64,000 nucleotides of DNA from a virus, in IMG/VR virus record IMGVR_UViG_3300034105_004543, positions 1 to 64,000 of that record; one strand, written 5' to 3'. The notes under the pieces are model-generated. The model worked only from the letters and a program-made list of their open reading frames with translations. It was not told the DNA's origin and ran no database searches. A program made the translations under genes and the position numbers. Position 1 is the stretch's first letter. Every line of letters begins with the position of its first letter. This document shows, one piece after another, positions 20,598-30,403 of this stretch.

Positions 20598-20761
20598 GTC
20601 GTAACTTCTATTTCGCTCCTAAGGGTGAAAATCAGAATAAACCTGGAAAACCTTTTGTCCAATCTATGAAAGGTAAATTCTCTAAAGCACCTACAGGAAA
20701 ACCTGAGGATGCGGATGATTCTGAGGATAATAACGATGATTCAGACGAGGATAAACAATAA
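20594..20761 (+). other. Unannotated -1 frame extension (55 codons) of 18036..20597
   Basis: A9C run immediately before TAA; the -1 frame reads LSRNFYFAPKGENQNKPGKPFVQSMKGKFSKAPTGKPEDADDSEDNNDDSDEDKQ*. Confidence 0.75.
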
Positions 20762-20767
20762 TTTAAG

Positions 20768-20803
20768 AAGAATGTAGTATTTTTTAACTACATTCTTTTT
20801 TTT
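20768..20803 (+). terminator. Intrinsic terminator
   Basis: AAGAATGTAG..CTACATTCTT stem followed by a T-tract. Confidence 0.75.
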
Positions 20804-20866
20804 ATGTGTGAAATCTTTTAGTATTTCTGACTAAAATACTAAATATCCAAATATAATTAAATATTA

Positions 20867-21226
20867 ATGGCAAAAGTTTATGTAAAGAATAGCGAGCTGA
20901 TGGCAGCGGTTATAGAATCGAAAAATGCTGGAAAGCTAACACCCGCAACAATAGATATGTTTAATCTGATGATTGAGGGTATATCTAAAAAGATGTCATA
21001 TAAGGATCCTGAGGATAGAGAGGATTGTATGGCTTTTGCTATGGAAGATCTATGCAAATATTGGAATAGATTCAATCCTGAAAAATCAAACAATCCTTTT
21101 GCATATTTTACACAAATAGCAAAGCATGGATTTGCTAAAGGATGGAAAAAATTGCACCCTCCTAAAAATCCAGTAACTATACCATTCAGTTATATAACAG
21201 GTGAGGATAATTCATATAATATCTAA
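20867..21226 (+). CDS. Late-transcription sigma factor (T4 gp55-like), minimal 119 aa
   Basis: YVKNSEL..FNPEKSNNPFAYFTQI signature. Confidence 0.85.
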   Translation: MAKVYVKNSELMAAVIESKNAGKLTPATIDMFNLMIEGISKKMSYKDPEDREDCMAFAMEDLCKYWNRFNPEKSNNPFAYFTQIAKHGFAKGWKKLHPPKNPVTIPFSYITGEDNSYNI

Positions 21227-21229
21227 ACC

Positions 21230-21715
21230 ATGCCGGATATTAAAAAAGTAAAACCAAACGGGGAATATAAATCCGGAAAATATGATCCTAAAAATCCGGA
21301 TAAGTATATAGGCGATATACATAATATTATCTATAGATCATCATGGGAATACAGATTTTGTACATATTGTGATACAAACGAAGCAATATTAAAGTGGAGT
21401 TCTGAACCTGTTGTTATACCATATTATAATCCATTAGATAAAAAGGATCATAATTATAATGTGGATTTCTATATTAAGGTACTAAAGGAGGATAATACTG
21501 AGCAGGAATGGTTAATAGAGATAAAACCAGAAAAACAAACACAGAAACCACTAATGGAGGGTGTTATGACTTTAGCTAAATTAAAATCTTATAATAGAAA
21601 TATGCAGATTTGGATAACAAATCAAGCCAAATTTAAAGCAGCTAAAGAATGGGCCGATAAAAGGGGATATAGATTCGGTGTTATTGATGAGAATTTTTTA
21701 TTCAAAAGTAAGTAA
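21230..21715 (+). CDS. Head completion nuclease (T4 gp4-like, TnsA family)
   Basis: PKNPDKYIGD..YRSSWE..WSSE..IPY..VDF..EIKP..NQAKFKAA. Confidence 0.9.
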   Translation: MPDIKKVKPNGEYKSGKYDPKNPDKYIGDIHNIIYRSSWEYRFCTYCDTNEAILKWSSEPVVIPYYNPLDKKDHNYNVDFYIKVLKEDNTEQEWLIEIKPEKQTQKPLMEGVMTLAKLKSYNRNMQIWITNQAKFKAAKEWADKRGYRFGVIDENFLFKSK

Positions 21716-21749
21716 AATCTCGATATATAAATATCAAAAAATAAAATAA

Positions 21750-23378
21750 ATGGCAGGTTTCGTAAATAATAATAAACCAACAGAGTCACCCGTTGTACAA
21801 AGGATAAGAGAATCAGTTAAAAAACTGAGTACTTTTGGAATGAAGTATGATGATATGGTGATAAGAAATTCACAGGCTGTTGGTGTGACTGAAGCGGCTT
21901 TTCTTAATAAAAATAAAGCCAACGTAGAGGACGAAAGCATGCTATGGTCCCTTGCAAAGCAGGATATTACCACTCGACAATTTATAGGATATTTTGACAA
22001 GGATTATAAGGGAAAGAGGGATTTTTTAAGAATGTTTTCTTTAAATCCTGAGATTGAATATGTACTTGATACTATTTGTGACGAGGCTATAACTTATGAT
22101 CCAGCTAATTTCTTTGCATATCCTGATTTTATAGATCTTACTGATGCAAACGAGAAGGTAAAAGATGAACTTTATGACACATATAAAAATCTCTATGATA
22201 TATGGGGATTCTCTGATGATATAACTGCATGGCAATATTTTAGACAGTTCATTATCGATGGATTTTTGTCATTTGAGATTATTTATGATGATACCGGTAA
22301 AAAAATAGTTGGGTTTAAGGAGCTTGATCCTGTAACATTAATACCCAGCGTGGAGAAACAATTGGATGGAAGTTTTCTTAGTACATGGACTCAATACCCT
22401 CAGGATCCAAAGAAAAAACGTACCCTTTATGATCCTCAGATAATTTATATCTCATATGCTAAGGGAAATTCAATATCAAGAGTTAGTTACATAGAGAGAT
22501 TAATAAGACCATATAATATATTAAGAATTATAGAATATACTAGAGTTATTTGGTCCGTTATGAATGCATCATTTAAAATGAAAATGACAGTTCCGATTGG
22601 CACAAAGTCACAGCAGAAGGGTATGCAGACACTTGGTGAACTTATGAGTATTTATAAGGAAGATATACAGCTTAATGACGAGAGCGGTGAGCTTACTATT
22701 GATGGTAGTCCAAAGATTCAGTTTTATAAGAATTACCTTATGCCTTCAGGAGTTAATGGTACACCAACAATAGAACCAATAAATACAGAGGGACCTAATC
22801 TTAATGATCCCGCTCCTCTAACATATTTCTTCGATAAATTCATATTAGAATCCAAAGTACCTCCTTCAAGGTTTCATAATCCTGATGGTGGTAGTACATC
22901 ACCATATTCGAATGGTGCAGAGGGATTAGACAAGGAGGAAATAAGATTCTATAAATTTATATCCAGACTTAGATCAGTTTTTCAAGAAATATTAATCAAG
23001 CCGTTATGGATTCAAATGATTAATAAATACCCATATCTGGAGAAAGACTTTTTGTTTAAAAGTCAATTAGGACTTAATTATTGGTCCGATAATCCATTTA
23101 AGGAGAACCAAGAAATAGCAAAAATGTCGGGAAGAAAAGAAACTGTTACCGGTCTTGGTGGACTCCTAAATGATGATGGAAAACCATTTTTTTCAAACGC
23201 TTTCCTTATAGAGGAGTATTTAGGTATGTCTAAACAGGATATAATAGCAAATAAAGAAGCTAAAGAAAGAAAAATAAAAGAAAAAGCAGAAGCTGCTAAA
23301 AAAGAAGGAGCTGGTGCAACTGGAGCGGCCGGTGAAAAAAAAGAAGGCGGAGAAGAACCACCACAAGTAACACTATAG
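21750..23378 (+). CDS. Portal protein (gp20-like), paralogue A
   Basis: PEIE..ICDEAI, FRQFIIDG, ELDP, SYIERL, KVPPSRF, EEIRFYKFISRLRSVF. Confidence 0.9.
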   Translation: MAGFVNNNKPTESPVVQRIRESVKKLSTFGMKYDDMVIRNSQAVGVTEAAFLNKNKANVEDESMLWSLAKQDITTRQFIGYFDKDYKGKRDFLRMFSLNPEIEYVLDTICDEAITYDPANFFAYPDFIDLTDANEKVKDELYDTYKNLYDIWGFSDDITAWQYFRQFIIDGFLSFEIIYDDTGKKIVGFKELDPVTLIPSVEKQLDGSFLSTWTQYPQDPKKKRTLYDPQIIYISYAKGNSISRVSYIERLIRPYNILRIIEYTRVIWSVMNASFKMKMTVPIGTKSQQKGMQTLGELMSIYKEDIQLNDESGELTIDGSPKIQFYKNYLMPSGVNGTPTIEPINTEGPNLNDPAPLTYFFDKFILESKVPPSRFHNPDGGSTSPYSNGAEGLDKEEIRFYKFISRLRSVFQEILIKPLWIQMINKYPYLEKDFLFKSQLGLNYWSDNPFKENQEIAKMSGRKETVTGLGGLLNDDGKPFFSNAFLIEEYLGMSKQDIIANKEAKERKIKEKAEAAKKEGAGATGAAGEKKEGGEEPPQVTL

Positions 23379-23382
23379 TAAG

Positions 23383-24999
23383 ATGGCAGGATTTTTAGAC
23401 TTTATAAAACCAAACCAATCAGCATTAGGTAATATACTGAAGAATCTGGGTAGTATATCCAAATTTGGAATGCAGTATGATGATATGATTGTTAGAAATT
23501 CCCAGGCTATTGGTAGAACTGAGGGATCTTTTTTTAACCAGGAGGGAACAGGATATACAAAGGATAGCGCATTCCAATGGACTGCATCCTATCATGATAC
23601 GAAGGTAAGAAAATATATAGCCTACTTTGACAAATCCTATCTGGAAAAGAGAAATTATTTGAGGAAATTCTCAATAAATGGTGAGATTGAATTTATACTT
23701 GATATTATAACAGATGAAGCTATAGTTTATGATGATAGAAATTATTTTGCACAGCCATCTTTTTCCAATATAGATCTAAAGGATAAGGTCAAAGAAAAAA
23801 TAAGCTCACACTTCAATAGGCTCTATAATATATTTCAATTTCAGAATACTGTTCTTGGGTGGCAGTATTTTAGACAATTTATAATAGATGGATTTCTAGC
23901 TTTTGAAATTATTTATGATAATAAAGGTAAGGAAATAATAGGATTCAAGGAATTGGATGCAGTATCGCTTCAGCCAGTTGTTGAGAAGGTTGGTGAGAAT
24001 GAATTTAAACAGTTTTGGTTACAATATCCTGCAAATCCCCAGATGTTTAGAAAACTTACTGATGAACAGGTTATCTACATTTCTTATGCTAAGGGTAACA
24101 CGATATCAAGAACAAGCTATATTGAGAGACTCGTTAGATCCTACAACATACTAAGAATTATGGAGAATTCTAGAGTTATATGGAATGTAATGAATGCAAG
24201 TTACCGAATGAAATTCATTATACCTATTGGAACGCAGTCACCTCAAAAAGCAATGCAAACTCTGGGTCAGCTTATGTCCAGTTATAAGGAAGACATAAGT
24301 ATTAATGATTCTTCCGGTGAATTAACGGTTAATGGTAGACCTAAGGTTCAATTTTATAAAAATTATCTATTTCCCGAGCAGAATGGTGTTTCTCCTCAGA
24401 TATCATCGCTTAATCCAGCAGGTCCGGATTTCAACGTTATGGATAATGTTCTTTATTTCTTTAATAAATTAAAAATGGATTCTAAAATACCATATGCTAG
24501 ATTTGCTGCAAAGAATGGAACTCCAGCAAATTATCAGATAGCAATTGATCAATTAGAAAGGGATGAGATAAGATTCGAAAAATTCTTAAGAAGACTTAGA
24601 TCTATATTCCAAGAAATATTGGTAAAACCCCTTTATATCCAGATGTGTTTGGATTATCCAGAGTTAGCCAAAGATAGAAACTTCAAAGCAAATATTGGAC
24701 TTAATTTTAATAGAGACCTTGAATTTGAAGAACAGGTTGAAATGACAAATCTTAAGAAGAAAGGTGAATTTATAACATCATTGGCTGACCTTAAGATTAA
24801 GGCTGGCGAGGAGGATGTTCCATATTTTGATAATGACTTTCTTATTCAAAGATTTCTTGGTATGTCACCAGATCAGCTCAAACTGAATGAGATATACAAA
24901 AAGAATGAGGAGAAATCCGCTCCCGCTCCTGCGGCCGGGCAACCTCCCGCTTCCGCGGAGGGAGCTGAGGCGGAAGAACCACCACAAGTAACTTTATAA
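23383..24999 (+). CDS. Portal protein (gp20-like), paralogue B
   Basis: EIE..ITDEAI, FRQFIIDG, KIPYARF, RDEIRFEKFLRRLRSIF. Confidence 0.9.
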   Translation: MAGFLDFIKPNQSALGNILKNLGSISKFGMQYDDMIVRNSQAIGRTEGSFFNQEGTGYTKDSAFQWTASYHDTKVRKYIAYFDKSYLEKRNYLRKFSINGEIEFILDIITDEAIVYDDRNYFAQPSFSNIDLKDKVKEKISSHFNRLYNIFQFQNTVLGWQYFRQFIIDGFLAFEIIYDNKGKEIIGFKELDAVSLQPVVEKVGENEFKQFWLQYPANPQMFRKLTDEQVIYISYAKGNTISRTSYIERLVRSYNILRIMENSRVIWNVMNASYRMKFIIPIGTQSPQKAMQTLGQLMSSYKEDISINDSSGELTVNGRPKVQFYKNYLFPEQNGVSPQISSLNPAGPDFNVMDNVLYFFNKLKMDSKIPYARFAAKNGTPANYQIAIDQLERDEIRFEKFLRRLRSIFQEILVKPLYIQMCLDYPELAKDRNFKANIGLNFNRDLEFEEQVEMTNLKKKGEFITSLADLKIKAGEEDVPYFDNDFLIQRFLGMSPDQLKLNEIYKKNEEKSAPAPAAGQPPASAEGAEAEEPPQVTL

Positions 25000-25003
25000 A
25001 TGA

Positions 25004-25030
25004 ATGGAATATGAAAATATTCCATTTTTT
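25004..25030 (+). terminator. Intrinsic terminator after the portal genes
   Basis: ATGGAATAT-gaaa-ATATTCCAT followed by a T-tract. Confidence 0.75.
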
Positions 25031-25095
25031 GTGTTTATTGTTTTTTTAATTCGCACACTTTTATTACTTTTGTATGGAAATTAAAAAAATTAAGA

Positions 25096-26433
25096 ATGAT
25101 AGAAAAATTAAGATTATTTAAACAACTTGAATCGTTAACTGGTAACGGTTCACAAAAATCCAAACAAGATTTAATAAAATTAAATATAGATGACGAATTG
25201 AAGTACATATTGGATATTTGTTTCAATCCATTTGTGACGACAAAGCTTCATAAACTTCCGTCTAGCGAGATTTTATTAGAAAATAATCATAATCTACGGG
25301 AAGACTTTAGATCCTTATTAGAGGAGCTTAAAATTGCTCCTGCGGCTAATGATAATCTTAGAGGTAGAGCTTGTGATTTAATATCTTCTAGAATTAGTGA
25401 TGATGCTGAAGAGGATATCGAATTAAGAATAATTCTTTACAAGATTATAACAAAGAGAATGAATATAGGTATAGGTGCTAAGGTTATAAATAAAGCACTT
25501 GGCTATGAACTTATACCTGATCCCTCTATGATGTTAGCTACTGATGATCACGAAGTTATAGAGAATTGGAAAAAAATATACTGTGAAGAAAAATATGACG
25601 GTGTCAGAGTTATTGCTATATGCAAATCTGGTGAGATAACATACTTTACTAGAGCTTTTAATGAACTCGATGCAACTTGCCTTTCGAGAATAACATTTTC
25701 TCTCAAAACTGCAATGATCAATAGTGGTCAAGGAATACTTGGCGATTGGTTCTTCGACGGTGAATTAACAGATCTTAATAGAAAATCGGTTAGCGGAAAG
25801 GTTAATCAGATACTAAGAGGAACTGCTTCTAAAAATATAGACGATGATATGTTATTTAATGTCTTTGATTTTGAAGAGGTTATGACATTGAACCATGGAT
25901 CTGGAGTTCTTGATTATCTTACCAGAAGAGCAACATTAGAGAAAGTAACATCATTTCTTCCTGATAGCAGTCCAGTTGTTCTCGGTAGAATGTGGGAAGT
26001 TGATAATTCAGCGGAAGTGGCTGAGATCTATAAACAAATAGTTGCTGATGGCGGAGAGGGTGTTATATGTAAGAGTAATTCAATCTATGAGTGTAAAAGA
26101 TCGAAAACTTGGATAAAACTTAAGGAGGTTAATGATTGTGATCTTCTAGTTACTGGCTGGTATCCAGGAGAAGGTAAAAGAGAGGGATACATCGGTGGCT
26201 TTATATGCACCGATGCATCGGGTACACTTAATGTAAAAGTTGGGTCTGGATTTACTGACAATGATCTTAAATCGTTAAGTGAAACACCGGATCAGCATAT
26301 AGGTAAAATAATAGCGGTTCAGTATAATGTTACAATAGAGGATAAGCATGGCAATCGTTCCTTATTTTTGCCTAGATTTATAGAAGTAAGAAATGACAAA
26401 GATACTGCAGATGATTTAAGTAATAAATTTTAA
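25096..26433 (+). CDS. ATP-dependent DNA ligase
   Basis: EEKYDGVR, FDGEL, FNVFD, GEGVICK, WIKLK, VGSGF, LFLPRF. Confidence 0.97.
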   Translation: MIEKLRLFKQLESLTGNGSQKSKQDLIKLNIDDELKYILDICFNPFVTTKLHKLPSSEILLENNHNLREDFRSLLEELKIAPAANDNLRGRACDLISSRISDDAEEDIELRIILYKIITKRMNIGIGAKVINKALGYELIPDPSMMLATDDHEVIENWKKIYCEEKYDGVRVIAICKSGEITYFTRAFNELDATCLSRITFSLKTAMINSGQGILGDWFFDGELTDLNRKSVSGKVNQILRGTASKNIDDDMLFNVFDFEEVMTLNHGSGVLDYLTRRATLEKVTSFLPDSSPVVLGRMWEVDNSAEVAEIYKQIVADGGEGVICKSNSIYECKRSKTWIKLKEVNDCDLLVTGWYPGEGKREGYIGGFICTDASGTLNVKVGSGFTDNDLKSLSETPDQHIGKIIAVQYNVTIEDKHGNRSLFLPRFIEVRNDKDTADDLSNKF

Positions 26434-26442
26434 TTGATATAC

Positions 26443-27387
26443 ATGATACAAGAATTATTAACAGAAAAGCTCCGTCCCAAGAAACTGGAGCATATGATAT
26501 TGCCTTCAAGGATTTCTAAAGTTTTTGAAAACGGACTGGGTCAAAACATTTTACTTAGTGGCTCACCAGGATGTGGTAAAACTACTCTAGCAAAAATATT
26601 GGCAACACCATTTCCCCATTTATTTATAAATGTTTCCGATGAAAGTTCAGTTGAGACTATTAGAACCAAAATAACTGACTTCTGTTCGACCATATCAGTT
26701 ATGGATGGTAAGTCATCAAAAAAAGTGGTTGTGCTCGATGAGTTTGATGGAGCTTCTGATCAATTTTATAAAGCTCTCAGAGGAACAGTCGAAAAATATG
26801 CTTCCAATACGAGATTCATAGCAACATGCAATTATATTAATAAGGTACCTGATGCTATTCAAAGTAGATTTGAAGTTATTGATTTTAATCCGATAAGTAC
26901 CGATGAGGACGAAAGCCTTAAAGCCGAATGGTCTAATCGTGTAAATCTCATACTCGGAAAAATAGGAGTAACAATAGAGGATGAGGCTTTAATTGAATTT
27001 CAGAAGAGTTATTATCCTGATTTCAGAGCAGCATTGAATAAGATACAAGCTTGGATGATAGAGGGTGTTAAAAATATAGATTCGGCAAGGGTTAAAGAAT
27101 TTGGGTGGTCCTACGAGCATTTATATAACCTTCTGGTTACATCAAAGGATCCGGTTAAGAATTATCAGACTATAGTTGGCGAATATCAGGGTAAAACGGA
27201 CGATGTTATGTCTGCTTTAGGTGAGGAATTCATAAATTGGATAATCAATAATAAACCTGAACTTTCCAAGATTATACCTGCTGTGATTGTTCTTGTTGCG
27301 GATCACCAGGCACAGAGAACACAGGTGATAGATCCAATGGTTTCGCTGTTATCCTTATTTTTCCAAATAGAAAAACTCATCGAGTAA
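26443..27387 (+). CDS. Clamp loader large subunit (gp44/RFC-like)
   Basis: EKLRP, GSPGCGKTT, VVLDEFD, FIATCNY, IQSRF; ATG at 26443 preferred to TTG at 26434. Confidence 0.93.
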   Translation: MIQELLTEKLRPKKLEHMILPSRISKVFENGLGQNILLSGSPGCGKTTLAKILATPFPHLFINVSDESSVETIRTKITDFCSTISVMDGKSSKKVVVLDEFDGASDQFYKALRGTVEKYASNTRFIATCNYINKVPDAIQSRFEVIDFNPISTDEDESLKAEWSNRVNLILGKIGVTIEDEALIEFQKSYYPDFRAALNKIQAWMIEGVKNIDSARVKEFGWSYEHLYNLLVTSKDPVKNYQTIVGEYQGKTDDVMSALGEEFINWIINNKPELSKIIPAVIVLVADHQAQRTQVIDPMVSLLSLFFQIEKLIE

Positions 27388-27908
27388 TGGATATCAAGAG
27401 AATAATATTTGTTGGTAAGGCTGCGTCAGGGAAGGACCACGCAAGACAGCAGATGGAAAATTATGGATTTAGATATTGTGTATCCCACACAACAAGACCT
27501 CCGAGGGAGGGTGAGATTAGCGGTGTTGATTATCATTTTATAAGTTTAGATGCAGCCATTCATCATTTTATGCTAAAGAATCTTTTCTGTGAATTTGTTG
27601 AGTTTAATGGTTGGGTTTATGGTACCTCCATAGAGGAATTTGAAAAATCTGATTTATTTATAATGACACCTAGTGGTATAAGTAAACTGAAACCTGAGGA
27701 TCGGAAAGAATCATTTATAGTTTATGTTGATATTCGTGAGGATATCAGAAGAGAGAGGCTACTGAAGCGCAATGATGTGGATAATGTTGATAGAAGATTA
27801 AGTGCAGACGAAAAGGATTTTGAAAACTTTACTGATTTCGACCATAGAATAGCCGATCCTAATTTTGTTATCGATGGAACATTAAAGTGGATAAAATTAT
27901 TGGACTAA
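27387..27908 (+). CDS. gmk: Guanylate kinase
   Basis: GKAASGKD, VSHTTRPPREGEISGVDYHF, WVYGT. Confidence 0.9.
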   Translation: MDIKRIIFVGKAASGKDHARQQMENYGFRYCVSHTTRPPREGEISGVDYHFISLDAAIHHFMLKNLFCEFVEFNGWVYGTSIEEFEKSDLFIMTPSGISKLKPEDRKESFIVYVDIREDIRRERLLKRNDVDNVDRRLSADEKDFENFTDFDHRIADPNFVIDGTLKWIKLLD

Positions 27909-28747
27909 TTATAATATTCCCATTTATATCCACCTATTCTTTTGACTGTACCTTTACAGCATCTGCATATATTGGATGCTGTAAATCCTAATTCGCTGCT
28001 TATGCTTTGCATTGAATCCCATATTTTTATGGTATTACCTTCCTGATCTTTTTGTATAATCTTTTTAGAACTTGGATGTTTCCCACCCTTTATACCAAAC
28101 ATTGGATGCTCTTTGCCAATTTTAGCAGATTTCCTCATTTTTTCTTTTGTTTCTTCCGAGTGCTTTGGCATTATATTGGGCTTTTTTAAATGCCCTTGTA
28201 GTTTATCTGATTTATTTTTATATTCCCATATGAACCCGCCTGATGTTTTTCTCTTATTGTTTAATACCGCTGATATGTTTTGTTTAATTATTCCGGTTTT
28301 TTCAGATGCTTCTTTTATTGAATCGAATTCTGCTAATATATTTTTATTTATGTCAAATTGTATAATTGTTTTTGAAAGGATTTTTCTCCATTCTGGTGTT
28401 ATACAAGTAGTACCCTCTCCTCCATTAGTAAGATTACATAGCGGTCCCAATCCTAAGTCAAATCTTCCGATTAATTTTATGTATTTTATTTCATTGACGA
28501 ATGCATTAGCTTCTGTTAAATTTTCTTCTAATTTAATTGCTATTGGTAAACATCCATCGTTTATTAACATTTTCCTAATTTTTCTTTTTTTATATGTGTT
28601 ATTTTTTGACCCATTTATTCCGGTATAAATTCTATTACCACTTCCCTTCCCTACATAGAAGGGTTCATGATCGAATTCTATCTCCCCATATTTATATTTT
28701 CCTGGTTTTCTAGAGTCAAGATAAATGTATACATAATAATTTTCCAT
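27905..28747 (-). mobile_element. Free-standing homing endonuclease, GIY-YIG-like with NUMOD1/NUMOD3 DNA-binding motifs
   Basis: YVYIY..FYVGKG..R, E..YIKLIG, NLTNGGEG, HSEETKEKMR, two FDSIxEA/WDSM..GG(F/Y)xW repeats; antisense to its neighbours. Confidence 0.85.
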
Positions 28748-28812
28748 TAGCGAAATATTTTATAATATATATCGTATAATAATGAAAGACATAATTCTTA
28801 AATAATTTAAAA

Positions 28813-29970
28813 ATGATAAATATATGCGTGGATGGGAATCATCATTTTCATAAAACTTTCGGTGTGTTTGCTGGGTATGGTAACATGGATCCCGGGAAGG
28901 TATTAAAAGAAAAATCTGAACAAGCAGCTTTTATAAGAAAGGTTGCTACCGATTTATGCTCTTCCCTTAAAATGCTTCCCCAAGGTGGTAGAATAGTATT
29001 TACTGCAGATAGTAGAAGCTGGAGAAAAGACGTGGAAATAGAAAATGGCGGATATAAATCGGGTAGGGTAAGAGATGAAGTTGTTGATTGGACAATATTT
29101 TTTGAGCTAATGACATCATTTGGTGAGCAGCTTGAAAAGATGGGATTTATATTTTCAAGAGTTGAAGGTGCTGAAGGTGATGATCTTTTGATGTTTTGGT
29201 CTGACTATTTTAATCTTAATGGCGAGAATTGTCTTATCATAAGCGGTGATTATGATATGCATCAATTAGCAAGAAAAAATGATAAAGCATGGACTGGTGT
29301 ATGGAATACAAATTCTAAAAAGAATATGCTTTCTGTTCATCAAAAATGGGAGGAATTATGGCTTAATAAGAACGAGTCCGTTGGCATGAGTATATTTAAC
29401 ATGTCATCCGCAATATCTCCTGAGAAAGATAAGTTTAAGGAATTTTTAAAAAAAGTGAAGATTGAGGAAATCGATAGTTATGCTTTCATATTTCATAAAG
29501 TTTTGATTGGCGACGATGGTGATTCTGTTCCAAGTGTTTGGGATTATATGGTTAAAAATAAGGACGGCGAGGATAAGATGGTTAGATTCACAGATAGCAA
29601 GGCTAAAAAAGTTTATGCTGCTTTAACCGAAACGGAATGGATTAATGTCCCCTTTGATTTGCTAATTAAGAATGTGGAATTCCTTAACTGGATAAGTGGA
29701 TTAATACTAAGAACAACCAAAGACGTTGATACAAAGGATAATAGAAAAAAGGTTGCTCTTAATTTTGAGAGAAATCTTATTCTTATGTGGTTAAACTATA
29801 AAGTTATGCCTCCGTTTGTTATAAAAGGTGCTTCCCAAGAAATATCTAGAGGAATGGAAATGCAAAAGAAAAATGTTACACTCGATAGAATAAAAATATT
29901 AGAGGGTAGTGAATGGGTAACAACTGGATATCAACCAAAGGGATTCGATCCCTTTTCATACTTGCAATAA
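28813..29970 (+). CDS. 5'-3' exonuclease / T4 RNase H-like flap nuclease
   Basis: VDGN, DSRSWRK, YKSGR, AEGDD, ISGDYD, LIGDDGDSVP. Confidence 0.9.
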   Translation: MINICVDGNHHFHKTFGVFAGYGNMDPGKVLKEKSEQAAFIRKVATDLCSSLKMLPQGGRIVFTADSRSWRKDVEIENGGYKSGRVRDEVVDWTIFFELMTSFGEQLEKMGFIFSRVEGAEGDDLLMFWSDYFNLNGENCLIISGDYDMHQLARKNDKAWTGVWNTNSKKNMLSVHQKWEELWLNKNESVGMSIFNMSSAISPEKDKFKEFLKKVKIEEIDSYAFIFHKVLIGDDGDSVPSVWDYMVKNKDGEDKMVRFTDSKAKKVYAALTETEWINVPFDLLIKNVEFLNWISGLILRTTKDVDTKDNRKKVALNFERNLILMWLNYKVMPPFVIKGASQEISRGMEMQKKNVTLDRIKILEGSEWVTTGYQPKGFDPFSYLQ

Positions 29971-30392
29971 TGGAGCTTTTTGACATAGTAAAAAATATAT
30001 TTTCAAAGAACCAGAGAAGCTGGGATTCTGTTGGTAAAAACGATAAGGTTCGTAACTTTTTCATGATTAATAGAATCATGGCTATACAATTTCCAGTTCA
30101 GGCAAATCAATTTAATAAAATGAGAGTAACACCTCATTTTGTTGTTGATTGGTGGAGAAATACTTTATCCAATAGATTTTCCAAACCACCTTCATGGATA
30201 TACACTAAAACAATAAAGAAGGAATCCGTTGGAAAAAAAACAAAATCATCCGATTATAGCGAAGTTGAAAACTTCATCTGTGATAGATATAAGATATCAG
30301 TGAGAGATCTTTCACAGATTAAGAAATTTTATCCTGATAAATATAATGATTGGATGATTGATGTTTCAGATCAGTTAGGTTTAAAAAAATAG
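29970..30392 (+). CDS. Probable clamp loader small subunit (gp62-like)
   Basis: MELFDIVKNI..FMINRIM..N..W pattern, size and proximity to gp44; TAATG coupling to the upstream gene. Confidence 0.5.
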   Translation: MELFDIVKNIFSKNQRSWDSVGKNDKVRNFFMINRIMAIQFPVQANQFNKMRVTPHFVVDWWRNTLSNRFSKPPSWIYTKTIKKESVGKKTKSSDYSEVENFICDRYKISVRDLSQIKKFYPDKYNDWMIDVSDQLGLKK

Positions 30393-30403
30393 ATATATAA
30401 GGG

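Noticed and set aside
28113-28628. 171-aa + strand ORF
   Set aside because: Shadow of the reverse-strand endonuclease; Phe/Leu/Ile-rich antisense composition
29913-29969. Upstream start for the gp62-like ORF
   Set aside because: It overlaps the exonuclease gene; the TAATG-coupled ATG at 29970 is more plausible
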